This document shows, piece after piece, positions 39,934-49,472 of a stretch of 64,000 nucleotides of DNA. Made by a program: the position numbers and the translations under genes. The notes under the pieces are model-generated. The model was given only the letters and a program-made list of their open reading frames with translations. It was not told where the DNA came from and did not search any database. Numbering within the stretch: the first letter of the stretch is position 1; every line of letters starts with the position of its first letter. The stretch lies in contig CAXXKJ010000002.1 of assembly GCA_963675295.2 (NCBI GenBank), forward strand, positions 4,224,001 through 4,288,000, read 5' to 3'. This DNA is from a bacterium. GTDB lineage: Bacteria > Electryoneota > Electryoneia > Electryoneales > Electryoneaceae.

Positions 39934-42288
39934 CTAGCGGATCAGCATCACCTTGCGCAGATGGTCCAGCTCTCCAGGTACCTGTGCCCGCACGAAATAC
40001 ACTCCGCTGGCCAGGTGTTGCGCGTCGAAGGTGAGCGAGTGAGTGCCTGCCGGCAACTCACCATCCGTCACTGTCGCCACTTGTTGACCGGCGACGTTAT
40101 ACGCCGTGACCGAAACTTGCGCCGCCCGTGGCAGGCTCAGAGTGAACGACGTGCTTGCGTTGAACGGATTCGGGAACGCCGCACTCATCCCGTAGTTCGT
40201 CGGCAGATCATTCGAGGCAACGGTTTCGTCCGGTCCATCAAACGCGGCTGTACCGTTCAGATCTTCCAGCCGCAGCGGACGCGAACCCTCCGCCGCGCCA
40301 TAGTGTTCCTTGAAGAACGTGAATTTGTCACCAAACTCCGGTGTGTAGAATTCACCGGCACGCATGGAGAAGGTGTAGTCCCCCTCGGGCGCATACCACG
40401 GGATCGCCTGCACCCGGTCGTTGCTGATCATCTCCATCCACGGCATGATGGTGAACGTGTCCTCCCACAAAGGTTCCCACACCGTCTGGTTCGGCGTCAG
40501 CAGGCGCGTCCAGAAATCCACGTCCGCGAATTCGGTGTCGGAAAGGTTCACCAATACGACGTCATACTTGACCAATCCGCCATTGCCGACGACATACGTG
40601 TCCCGCGGAATCAGATTCAGCCACACCGGCCCGATGAAGTCGATCACACCATCAATCAGCGTCGCGAGCTGCTGGTCGTCACCGCCGCCGAAAACCGCCG
40701 TTGCGTCGAACGCGAGGTACATCGTCTTGCCACGGTTCGGGATGTTGTAGCTGATCGCGTGTGGCAAGCCATGCGACGCCCCTTCAAAGAGGACGTGCGC
40801 ATCCGGACGTGGTACCAGCACATCTTCCCGCAGATTACCGAGGTCCGGGATGGTGTACGGTGACGTTTCGAACGGTTCAGTGAGCGTTCCGGCCATGCCG
40901 TAGAATTGCGTTTCTTCGTGCATCGGGTCGTTGCTGGCACCTGCCAGCCCGAGGAAATCGAAAGCAAAATCGCCCGATCCGAACGCTGTCTGCGCCGGTT
41001 CATCATTGGCCGCGAGGTAATCCTGGTCGATCAGCAGCAGGTTACCGCCCTGGATCAGGTAGCTGGAAAACGGATCATCCCCGGCAGTCCACTCACGGGT
41101 CGGGATGCTGTCGCCACCGTTTCCACTGACAATCACCAGGTGCCAGTCCATCTCCATCAGCCACGAATCGTAGCCCTTGTTCGCCTCGGCGTCCCACACG
41201 GTGGTGTTGTCCAGGCCCATCGACGCCAATAACGTGGTCAGGTTCGGGACATACTCGCCGCCGTCGTCAATGATCAGGATCGGGTTCAGCGGTACGTGGA
41301 CGATCTCGAACGATTTCCGGCGGTTGACGTTCCTGGTGGTGTTGCCCTCGACATCTTCCGCGACGATCCAGTAGATGAAGTTGTCGCCAATCTCGCCCCA
41401 GATGGTGTGCGTGCCTTCCCAGACGTGGTCTTCGTCCGGATCCGACAGCTCAACCGTCACCGGCAACGAACCGTTCTTGACCAGTTTCGCCCACACACGA
41501 TTGACGCCGTTGTTGTCGACCACGCGCGCGCGGAAGGTGCATGGCTTTCGTGGATTGGTCGTGTTCGGCAGCTGCTGCATGCCGAGGATCTGCGGGGGTT
41601 CAACGCCGAAATAATTCACCCCAACGCGTTGCATGATATCGACCACGGGTGCGCTGCTTCCATAGCCGCCCCATGGATGGTCATAATCATTCATCCATGG
41701 ACCGCCGAACCAGGTGAAGGTCGTACCGCGAGCAGAGATGTCATCGGCAAGCGGTTGCGGGTTGCCACCCTGCGATGATTTCACATACCCGACCATGAAA
41801 TCGTCAGCGTCCGGGTTCCAGATGCCGCCGCCCGGCAAGTCGCTCTGCTCAAAAAGGGGTTCCCAGACACCCAGTCCTTCGACGGTGCGAGAGATTGGTC
41901 CGGCGAGAACCTCGCCGATTGGGCTGACAGGGCTGGTGCCTCGTAACGGCGCGTTTCCGTTGGGATACATCGCTTCCGCTTCGGCACTGTAGTCCCAGAT
42001 GAAAATGTCGATACTGCCACCGGTGTTGAACATCGCTTCGGCGTACAGGATCGAACAGGCTGTCGCGGGGTTGTAGTGCACAGCGAACGTGTCATTGAGA
42101 TCGCCGGACGCCAGGTAGTAGTCAGCGTCCAAATCCGACATTCGCCACAGTTCGACGATCTCGTCAAGTTCGTCGAGACGCTGGTCCGCCGTCGTTTTCA
42201 GGTGGTTTGGCAACGGGATCAGATCCGTCGCCGAGGCAGGTGCGATCACCAGCATTGCCAACAACAGACACATCAGGTTCCGATTCAT
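39934..42288 (-). CDS. Secreted T9SS-CTD protein, paralog of 24817-26826
   Basis: Signal peptide, shared RGTSPVSP/PQPLAD/TWFGGPWM domain, PNPFN...RKVMLIR; aggag RBS before MNRNL. Confidence 0.85.
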   Translation of the reverse strand: MNRNLMCLLLAMLVIAPASATDLIPLPNHLKTTADQRLDELDEIVELWRMSDLDADYYLASGDLNDTFAVHYNPATACSILYAEAMFNTGGSIDIFIWDYSAEAEAMYPNGNAPLRGTSPVSPIGEVLAGPISRTVEGLGVWEPLFEQSDLPGGGIWNPDADDFMVGYVKSSQGGNPQPLADDISARGTTFTWFGGPWMNDYDHPWGGYGSSAPVVDIMQRVGVNYFGVEPPQILGMQQLPNTTNPRKPCTFRARVVDNNGVNRVWAKLVKNGSLPVTVELSDPDEDHVWEGTHTIWGEIGDNFIYWIVAEDVEGNTTRNVNRRKSFEIVHVPLNPILIIDDGGEYVPNLTTLLASMGLDNTTVWDAEANKGYDSWLMEMDWHLVIVSGNGGDSIPTREWTAGDDPFSSYLIQGGNLLLIDQDYLAANDEPAQTAFGSGDFAFDFLGLAGASNDPMHEETQFYGMAGTLTEPFETSPYTIPDLGNLREDVLVPRPDAHVLFEGASHGLPHAISYNIPNRGKTMYLAFDATAVFGGGDDQQLATLIDGVIDFIGPVWLNLIPRDTYVVGNGGLVKYDVVLVNLSDTEFADVDFWTRLLTPNQTVWEPLWEDTFTIMPWMEMISNDRVQAIPWYAPEGDYTFSMRAGEFYTPEFGDKFTFFKEHYGAAEGSRPLRLEDLNGTAAFDGPDETVASNDLPTNYGMSAAFPNPFNASTSFTLSLPRAAQVSVTAYNVAGQQVATVTDGELPAGTHSLTFDAQHLASGVYFVRAQVPGELDHLRKVMLIR

Positions 42289-42621
42289 GCTCCTCTCCCC
42301 GGTCAACCGTTTTGTTTCATCCATACCCAGCAGAAATATACGTATTAGAAGTTTAACATAGCGGTCCCCCGGTGCCGGAGCAACAAGATTTTCGGGGTCC
42401 CGGGGGCAGGTTGACGAGCCCACTGGACAAACACAAACCAGCCGTCAAAAAGTGGCTGGAGGCAGGAGAGAACAGGGACGTGTATTGGCATACACGCCCC
42501 CGAAATTCAAGTACCCGCCGCTAGATACCAGTTCCCAGGTACCGACTACCGATGATCGATGACTGCTAACCGGCCATCGAGTACCAACACCCTTTTCCAG
42601 CAGAAACGGGTACCAGCGGAA

Positions 42622-42653
42622 ACGGGGACACATTGTCCTCAATGTGTCCCCGT
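42622..42653. repeat. GGGGACAC-family palindrome, copy 4, flanked by 7-bp periodic sequence
   Basis: acggggacacattg-tcct-caatgtgtccccgt; catcactcacaactcatcactca adjacent. Confidence 0.8.
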
Positions 42654-42698
42654 CGAATCAGTTGCTCATCACTCACAACTCATCACTCATCGCTGTCC

Positions 42699-45005
42699 TC
42701 ACTGCACCAGCATCACTTTGCGCAACTCGCTGAGCTGGCCCGGAATCTCGGCATGAATGAAGTACACGCCGCTGGCGAGTTCGTGCGCATCGAAGGTCAG
42801 CGTATGCACCCCGGCGTTCATCCGGCCGGAAGCCAGCGTCGCGACACTCTGCCCCATCACGTTGAACGCAGTCACATTCACCTCCGCCGCGTCCGGCAGG
42901 CTCAGGGTGACTGAGGTGCTTGGGTTGAACGGGTTCGGGTACGCCTGCCCCAGTGCATACTCCGACGGCATCTCAATGCTCACCGCCTCCCGCGCAGTCT
43001 GCGGATTCAACACACTCGCCATGGTTTGATCCGACCAGTTTCCTCCGCCGTTGGGATCGTTCCCGGCCTTGAAAAACTGGAAGCTGTCGGTCGCGCCGAT
43101 CACATTCGGGAACTGCCCTATCCAAGCGTGGTAGGTGTACACACCGCCTGGCGCCATTGACGGCACCGACTGCGGTAAATCGGTGAAGGTTGTGGAACCC
43201 GGCGCGAGATAAAGCGCCGTGTTGACCAGCGGGCCGTACATCGTGCCGCCGGGCAGTGTCACCGCTGACCACGCATCGATCAGCACCGTGTTCGGCAGGG
43301 CACTGAGCATTGTGGCGTCGAAGTAAATCGTGCCACCGCTTGGCGGAACCGTGGTCGACGTGCCGGTCAATTCAAGGTTGACACCGGATGGTGGCCGGCC
43401 AACGTTGATCTCGAGATCGTCGATGGTGACACCGGAATAGACGTTGAAATCGTCATCGGTGGTGTGCCGGAACGCGAGCCAGATCTGCCGGCCAACATAG
43501 GCGCTGAGATCGAACGTAACCTCATGCCATCCACCGGACCCACCACCGTTGTTGTTGAAACAGGGCTGGTAGCCGTTCACGGGGATACCGTCTGGATCGG
43601 AATACCCCGTCTCCGGCTCGAGCACTTCCCATGTCTGCATCCCGTCGAGTGAAATCTGGACGTTGTACCCGTCCGCTCCGGCTTCGTAGTTGTACCAGTG
43701 CCAGTAGCTCAGGAACGCCGACTCGTTTTCGATCAGGAAGGTTTCGGTGACCAACAGCCAGTCATCCCGGCTGTTGTTGTACGACCCAGCGAGGATCGTA
43801 CTCCACGCGTTGTCTCCGCTGCGCGCGCCAACCGGCCAGAACGTGGGAGTACCGAATTCCCAATCATCATAGTCACCTGAACTGAACGGACCTTCGCCGA
43901 TTTCGAAGTCGGTCGCGTACGACCCGTTGAATGGCACAGGGAACGGCATCAGCTCGATATCGAACGAGTTGTCGCCCGGCACAATATCGATCGTCGTTTC
44001 GAAGTCGTAATGGTTCAACGCCTCGACGTACACGTCATACGTGAACCCGCTGTACAACGTATCCAACTGGTATTCGCCGAACTGGTTCGTGGTGGTCGAT
44101 CGCTGCCCGACGTGAACCAACGCGTCTGCCAGCGGATCGCCGGAAAGTGAATCGATCACAAAGCCGGACAACGTCGCGTCGATATCGGCAACGTGGATGC
44201 TGACCGCAAGCTCGTCCTCGAGGTACGCGCTGTTGTATACCACCTGCAGGTAGTCGCTGAGGTCGCTGTTCTGGATGCCGACAGTGCAACTGGTGGTGGT
44301 GTAATCGTCGGACAGGTCATCGTACTGGATCAGGATCTCGCCGTCCTCGAACAGGATCACCTGCGCGGTGATGGTTCCCATCGCGATGTGTTCGACATCG
44401 ATGTACGACAGAATCCACGCGTCCCGGTTTCCCAGTGTTGCCTGGGCGTAGTAGACATCCCCGTTCGCACCGTACACGACATACCAGTCATCCCAGAACC
44501 AGAAGATGCTGGAGTTGTCGGGCTGCCCGTGGTTGTACGGTAACGGCTGATTGAAGTAGTAGAAGTAGTAGTCGTCGAAGATCAGGCCACCGTTCGAGGC
44601 GACGTAGATCTGGCTGTAGGTGGTGTCGTAAAACGGGAAATCGAAGCCAAGATCGAAAGGTCCGAGCTCGATATCATCGTCCATCAGGCTATCGATCTGC
44701 GTTCCGACGGCAGTGATGTCGATCCAGCCGTAGTCCGGACCGTCAGGCTCGTAGCTGTCCTTCCAGACGTGGCCGCTCAGGTCCGGCCCGCCAAGATCGT
44801 CAATCACCGGCTGATTGGCCAGTTCGGCGTCAAATCCAGCGGATGACAACAGATCCAACTGCTGCGGTGTCGCCACGCCTTCTTGCCAGGCCTGTTCTGC
44901 GAGGTTCAGCGTCGTCTTGTTCAGGTCAATTGCGTTCCCATACCCGGCCGCAAACGCAATCGTCACGACCAGGCATGTCAGGCCCGCCAGAAAGGCAGGT
45001 TTCAT
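42699..45005 (-). CDS. Secreted multidomain protein (NIDO-like, carboxypeptidase-regulatory-like, jelly-roll) with T9SS CTD
   Basis: GGPD..G..W.DS, GFDFPFY, G.V.D..SG.PL..A.V, DG.NVQIS.DG, PNPFNP...RKVMLVQ. Confidence 0.82.
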   Translation of the reverse strand: MKPAFLAGLTCLVVTIAFAAGYGNAIDLNKTTLNLAEQAWQEGVATPQQLDLLSSAGFDAELANQPVIDDLGGPDLSGHVWKDSYEPDGPDYGWIDITAVGTQIDSLMDDDIELGPFDLGFDFPFYDTTYSQIYVASNGGLIFDDYYFYYFNQPLPYNHGQPDNSSIFWFWDDWYVVYGANGDVYYAQATLGNRDAWILSYIDVEHIAMGTITAQVILFEDGEILIQYDDLSDDYTTTSCTVGIQNSDLSDYLQVVYNSAYLEDELAVSIHVADIDATLSGFVIDSLSGDPLADALVHVGQRSTTTNQFGEYQLDTLYSGFTYDVYVEALNHYDFETTIDIVPGDNSFDIELMPFPVPFNGSYATDFEIGEGPFSSGDYDDWEFGTPTFWPVGARSGDNAWSTILAGSYNNSRDDWLLVTETFLIENESAFLSYWHWYNYEAGADGYNVQISLDGMQTWEVLEPETGYSDPDGIPVNGYQPCFNNNGGGSGGWHEVTFDLSAYVGRQIWLAFRHTTDDDFNVYSGVTIDDLEINVGRPPSGVNLELTGTSTTVPPSGGTIYFDATMLSALPNTVLIDAWSAVTLPGGTMYGPLVNTALYLAPGSTTFTDLPQSVPSMAPGGVYTYHAWIGQFPNVIGATDSFQFFKAGNDPNGGGNWSDQTMASVLNPQTAREAVSIEMPSEYALGQAYPNPFNPSTSVTLSLPDAAEVNVTAFNVMGQSVATLASGRMNAGVHTLTFDAHELASGVYFIHAEIPGQLSELRKVMLVQ

Positions 45006-45393
45006 TTCAACATCCTCTATGCGAGTGGCACGGCTTTCCATGGTACCGGGATGGATACAACGCCATCCCAGCCTATGCAGTCAGTTCAGCGAGTCGTTTG
45101 CCGTGAACCCGGATCGCCAATCCTGGACCGGTAAGATACATGCGGTTGAAAAATAAGCTCAAGCGGCTCTCGAAATTTCCAAAAAAACTCAGAAGTGAGC
45201 GCAAACCGGAGGCAACTAACATAATCAACCGGTCTCCACCGCTGGTTCCAACACAAAAAGCTACCCCCGCCTCGGGAAAGACGGGGGTTCGGGAAAAAGG
45301 CTTGATGAAAGTCGCGCTTACCATCATCTGCCTGTTCGTGGTATGCGCGAACCCCGGAAAGGTTCCCGGGTTGGCTCCCTGAGAGCCTCTCGG

Positions 45394-46932
45394 TCACTTC
45401 ATCTCGATCTTGTCGATCTCATCCCACTCGAGGTAGGCGGGTTCCTTGTTCTCGCCGTCCACGAACACCAGGACACCGTCATTGGCCTCGCTGACATCCT
45501 GTCCGCCCTCGAGCCGGAGCGTCTCGCCCGACTTCAGCGTAATCTCGCTGGCGTTGCGGCTGCGCGGGGTGATGGTCTTGATGTTGGCGAACGGGATATC
45601 GAACTCGATGTCGAAGTAGTCACCGTTCAGCATTTCCCAGCTCTCGGACTCGTCGAGGTCGAAGACCATCCTGCCGCTGTAGGTGTTTCCGTCGATATCA
45701 GTGACGGTCGCCTCCAGCTTCTTCGGGGAATAATCATCGTACCCTTCGCCGCTGCCGGACCTGTCGTCGAAGACGACCTTATCGAAAGCGTCCCACGGAA
45801 TCTTCAGCCGGCCGTAACGCGGATCCTCGACCATGACGCCACGGATCGACTGGTCGACATCGTTGCTGCCTTCCAGGTGGATGCGGCGGCCGTCCCTGGT
45901 TTCGACCCAGGCGCTGCCACGGCTGCGGCGTTCGATCGACCGCAGGTTGCCCATCGGGATAGACATGCTGCCGTCCTCGGAATCGCCGTCCAGTTCATCG
46001 ATGCTCAAGCATTCCTGGCTGTCCCACTGGATGAAGCCGCGATACTCGCCACCATCCGCGGTCACCGTTCCGTGCAACCGGTAGAAATCCGGGTCGACGC
46101 TTGAGGGAACCTCCATGAATTCGATGGTGTCGATTTTCTTCCATGGTAGTTCGACCGTGCCGAACGTGTTGTCACGCACGACCAGGGTCGTTCCGACGTC
46201 GTTTGAGTAGCCGCTGACGATATACTTGCTGCCGGTGCGCATGGTCAGCTTGGCATCTTCGCTGCCAATGATCTCGATCTTCTTGATATCGCCGAAGCGG
46301 GCGATGAAAATGCGGGTGCCGCCGGACCAGCTGTCGTTCCAGTTGATGTTCAGCGCACCGCCGAGAATGCTGATCGACTCGTCGTCCCCGAAGCTCCAGA
46401 TCCGGCTGCGCTTGCTTTCCAGCTCAGCTTCTTCGATCGCAAGTTGGGCACGTTTTTGCGCCAGCTCGGACAGCTCTTCGGCCATCTGCGTCTGCTCCCG
46501 GATCAACTCTTCCAGCCGGTCCGTGTCGTTCGTGCCTTCGCGCTCTTCCGCCAGCCGTTCGATGCGATCGCTGAGCCGGTCCATTTCCCGTTCCAGCTTC
46601 TCGCCGTCACGTTCCATGTCGCGCAGATTACTCTCGACCTCTTTCACTTCGGCCTTGCCACGGTGGCCGTGTTCTTCGAGGTAATCTTCGTAGGGACGGC
46701 TTTCCTTGTACGAGTGGAACAGATCGTCCCAGAACGCCTCTTCATCGTCCCAGCGAATGATACCCTCGTACTGGTTTCCGCTGCGGGTCGTAACCTTCCC
46801 GTAGATGAAGCCCTCGTTTTCGTGAGCAACCGCGCTTTGGGTGACCGCGGCGGACATCAGGAATCCCATCGCGAACAGCAGGACAGCCGACATCAGAAAT
46901 GTTGCGGACCGCTTTTGCACGTTGCGTTTCAT
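45394..46932 (-). CDS. Secreted protein with three tandem beta-rich repeats and a coiled-coil insert
   Basis: Signal peptide; three G.VT...G..Y.G...(W/F)D..E units; heptad E/R/L segment; aggag RBS. Confidence 0.78.
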   Translation of the reverse strand: MKRNVQKRSATFLMSAVLLFAMGFLMSAAVTQSAVAHENEGFIYGKVTTRSGNQYEGIIRWDDEEAFWDDLFHSYKESRPYEDYLEEHGHRGKAEVKEVESNLRDMERDGEKLEREMDRLSDRIERLAEEREGTNDTDRLEELIREQTQMAEELSELAQKRAQLAIEEAELESKRSRIWSFGDDESISILGGALNINWNDSWSGGTRIFIARFGDIKKIEIIGSEDAKLTMRTGSKYIVSGYSNDVGTTLVVRDNTFGTVELPWKKIDTIEFMEVPSSVDPDFYRLHGTVTADGGEYRGFIQWDSQECLSIDELDGDSEDGSMSIPMGNLRSIERRSRGSAWVETRDGRRIHLEGSNDVDQSIRGVMVEDPRYGRLKIPWDAFDKVVFDDRSGSGEGYDDYSPKKLEATVTDIDGNTYSGRMVFDLDESESWEMLNGDYFDIEFDIPFANIKTITPRSRNASEITLKSGETLRLEGGQDVSEANDGVLVFVDGENKEPAYLEWDEIDKIEMK

Positions 46933-46969
46933 GGGTCAACTCCTATCTGAAAGTTCCTTCATGTACTCA

Positions 46970-46994
46970 GACAATCGATACAGCAAATGGTTAC
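46970..46994 (-). promoter_or_regulatory. Putative ECF sigma promoter GTAACC-N15-TGTC
   Basis: gtaacc atttgctgtatcgat tgtc upstream of 46932; same motif and spacing as upstream of the sigma gene. Confidence 0.6.
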
Positions 46995-47692
46995 CACAGG
47001 TTGAACCGGACCGGCGCTTCATCTCCGTCGGAGGTCGTCCGCCGCGGTTCTTCGATTTCCTCACGCTGATCCGCATCACGGAGATCAGGCGGCACCGATG
47101 CTGGATTCCGCAGTTCCTGTTCAGAGTCGCGATGTTCCGACCGTGGCGCGCCTTCATCGCTGCGCACATCACCGGTAAGGCCATACACATCCCGGTTCAC
47201 CATCTGCATGACTTCGAGCATCTTCCGGTGATAGCGGGGATCGGCCTGCAACAGCTCGGAGGTCAACTCGAGGAACCGATCCTCGGTCATCCTACCTTCG
47301 TTCTGCCCGAGCTGAATTGTCCGCGCGTTGGCCTGTTCCGGCATGATGCCGTTGAACAGTCCGGCAAGCGTGAGCGAGAAAATCAGCACGATACTCGCGG
47401 CGGCTGCCCACACCTGGGGCGACACCTCTCGGATCGAAATGATTTTCGCCTTCCGCTTCGACTTGCCTGCGGAGAATTCAACATTGTCCCACACCGAACT
47501 CGGTGGCGTTTCCACCAGTTCAGACTGCGGGCGGGCGAGCGCTTTCTGCAGCGATCGTGAATCCCGCCAGAACTCCCGCAGCTCACCGTCCTCGACCAAC
47601 GCGTCGATGCTTTCCAGCAATTCCTCGCCGGAAAGTTCGCCGTCCATGATCGCGGACAGGTTTTCTTCGAATGGCTGCATCTGGTCGTTCAT
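46991..47692 (-). CDS. Anti-sigma factor (RseA-like N-terminus, single TM)
   Basis: ENLSAIMDGEL N-terminus, one TM helix, downstream of ECF sigma. Confidence 0.78.
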   Translation of the reverse strand: MNDQMQPFEENLSAIMDGELSGEELLESIDALVEDGELREFWRDSRSLQKALARPQSELVETPPSSVWDNVEFSAGKSKRKAKIISIREVSPQVWAAAASIVLIFSLTLAGLFNGIMPEQANARTIQLGQNEGRMTEDRFLELTSELLQADPRYHRKMLEVMQMVNRDVYGLTGDVRSDEGAPRSEHRDSEQELRNPASVPPDLRDADQREEIEEPRRTTSDGDEAPVRFNLW

Positions 47693-47909
47693 CGTTTACT
47701 CTCCATGCACGTTTTCCGCCGCGCCTTCTCCCCAGTCGGCGCCGATGGATCGCTCGTGCGTCTTACGCCGGTGAACGGTACCGGCAATCCACTTCTCTAT
47801 TCCGTTTCCCATCCCCACGATGGGCAGTGCTTTCTCAACGTCTCTCGTCTCTAGTCTCTCGTCTTTCGGGATTCAACAATCACGCCATCACGAGTCGTGC
47901 GTATTCATT

Positions 47910-47953
47910 CTCACATCTCATATCTCGTATCTCGTATCTCACATCTCATATCT
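47910..47953. repeat. 7-bp tandem repeat (tctcaca/tctcata/tctcgta, about 6 units)
   Basis: tctcacatctcatatctcgtatctcgtatctcacatctcatatc immediately after sigma stop. Confidence 0.8.
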
Positions 47954-47959
47954 GCCTGT

Positions 47960-48520
47960 TCACCACTGGTTCTCTTCCAGCACTCCGCGATCACGCAGAT
48001 CCTTGATGATTGCCTTGCGAGCGCGGTGAACGTTGACTTTGACCTGCGCGTCGGTCCAACCGGTCATCCGGGCGATTTCGTTGTACGCCCGTCCTTCGAG
48101 CACTCCGAACTGGAACGCGGTTTTGTAGCGTTCGTTCAGGGCTTCCATCGAGGTCAGTACGTGTTCGTTCAAGTCCATCCACTCGGCCTCATGGTCCGGT
48201 TGCAGACGATGCACGTCGGGCACCTGTTCGAACGGGTCGACGTTCGGGTCATCCCCGTTCGAGGGCAGGTCGTCGAATTTCCGACGGCGGAAGTAATTGA
48301 TTGTCAGGTTGTACGCCGTGCTGAACAGGTATGACTTAACACGGGACGGCTCGCGCAGTTCGGTATCCGTCTTGATCACCCGGATGAAAACATCCTGCAG
48401 CAGATCTTCCGCGTCCTGCCGGTTCTTCACCCGGTGGCGCAGGAACGCGAACAGGGCAGCGCCGTGTTCATCGTACGCTTCACGCCAGAATTCCAAATGT
48501 TGTCCTGACTGCTCGGCCAC
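47960..48520 (-). CDS. ECF RNA polymerase sigma factor
   Basis: DAEDLLQDVF region 2, YNEIA...G....VK...HRAR region 4; GTG start with ggagg RBS. Confidence 0.92.
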   Translation of the reverse strand: MAEQSGQHLEFWREAYDEHGAALFAFLRHRVKNRQDAEDLLQDVFIRVIKTDTELREPSRVKSYLFSTAYNLTINYFRRRKFDDLPSNGDDPNVDPFEQVPDVHRLQPDHEAEWMDLNEHVLTSMEALNERYKTAFQFGVLEGRAYNEIARMTGWTDAQVKVNVHRARKAIIKDLRDRGVLEENQW

Positions 48521-48599
48521 AGCCGCCGTCCCTCCGCCGGGCGTCCGTTGCTCTGTCTGTCCAGCAACCCCATTTCGTGTTTCCGGGGTTCACTGGTTG

Positions 48600-48625
48600 G
48601 ACACAGACGCGGGTTCAGGGTTACA
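48600..48625 (-). promoter_or_regulatory. Putative autoregulatory ECF promoter GTAACC-N15-TGTC
   Basis: tgtaacc ctgaacccgcgtctg tgtc about 80 bp upstream of sigma start. Confidence 0.62.
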
Positions 48626-48706
48626 CTTGCATCGTTCTCAGGTGGAGCCTCAGTCTCCACAGGAGCTTACGTATGATACGTTGAAAAAGTTGGGAAAGGG
48701 TAACAA

Positions 48707-49261
48707 ATGCCGTGGATACAGGCGATTCCGGAAGCTGAGGCGGACGACTCATTGCGAGCCGCCTACGAGCGCATCGCCGGCAAGCGCGGGCGTGTCGCCA
48801 ACGTGTTCAAGATCCAGAGCCTGCATCTCGAGTCGATGTCCGCACACCTCGAGCTGTACACCTCCCTGATGTACGGGAAGGGCGGCCTCACCCGTGAACA
48901 GTGCGAGCTGATCGGGGTAGCGGTATCGGCGACGAACAAATGCCCGTATTGCGTGCGGCATCACACCGAGGCGTTGAACCGCTATTGGCGTGATCACAAC
49001 CGCGCGGCGCTGTTTGCTCTCGATGTGGTGCAGTACCCGCTGCCGCCGAAGGAGCGGGCGATGCTGGATTATGCGATCAAGATTACCCGGACACCGAGCG
49101 AGATGCGTGAAGCGGATGTCACGGCGTTGCGGGAGGCGGGATTTGACGACCGGCAGGTCCTGTTGATCAACCAGATCGCGTCGTATTTCAACTATGTCAA
49201 CCGGCTGGTTCTCGGGCTGGGCGTTGAGATCGAGGACGACACGGACGGTTTTGCGTATTGA
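48707..49261 (+). CDS. AhpD/CMD family peroxidase-related enzyme
   Basis: E.I..AVS..N.CPYC..HH, YFNYVNRL..GLG. Confidence 0.9.
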   Translation: MPWIQAIPEAEADDSLRAAYERIAGKRGRVANVFKIQSLHLESMSAHLELYTSLMYGKGGLTREQCELIGVAVSATNKCPYCVRHHTEALNRYWRDHNRAALFALDVVQYPLPPKERAMLDYAIKITRTPSEMREADVTALREAGFDDRQVLLINQIASYFNYVNRLVLGLGVEIEDDTDGFAY

Positions 49262-49379
49262 TACTAACCAGTTTGACGCAATCGCGTTGATGCTTTCACG
49301 CTGACTGCAGTTTGCCCCGACGAGCTCGCTCGTCGGGATAACCCATCGTTTCGACAAAACCGGGGAGATGTAGACTGAA

Positions 49380-49411
49380 CCGGGGACACTTTGTCCCCAA
49401 AGTGTCCCCGG
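49380..49411. repeat. GGGGACAC-family palindrome, copy 5, followed by 9-bp tandem repeats
   Basis: ccggggacactttg-tccc-caaagtgtccccgg then (ttgcgtctg)-like 9-mers at about 49416-49475. Confidence 0.8.
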
Positions 49412-49472
49412 CTCTTTGCATCTTTTGCGTCTGTTGCGTCAGTTGCTTCTTTGGCGTCCGTTGCGTCTGTTG

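Noticed and set aside
7487-49411. Palindromic repeats as a CRISPR array
   Set aside because: Copies are kilobases apart with no regular spacers, and no cas genes are present
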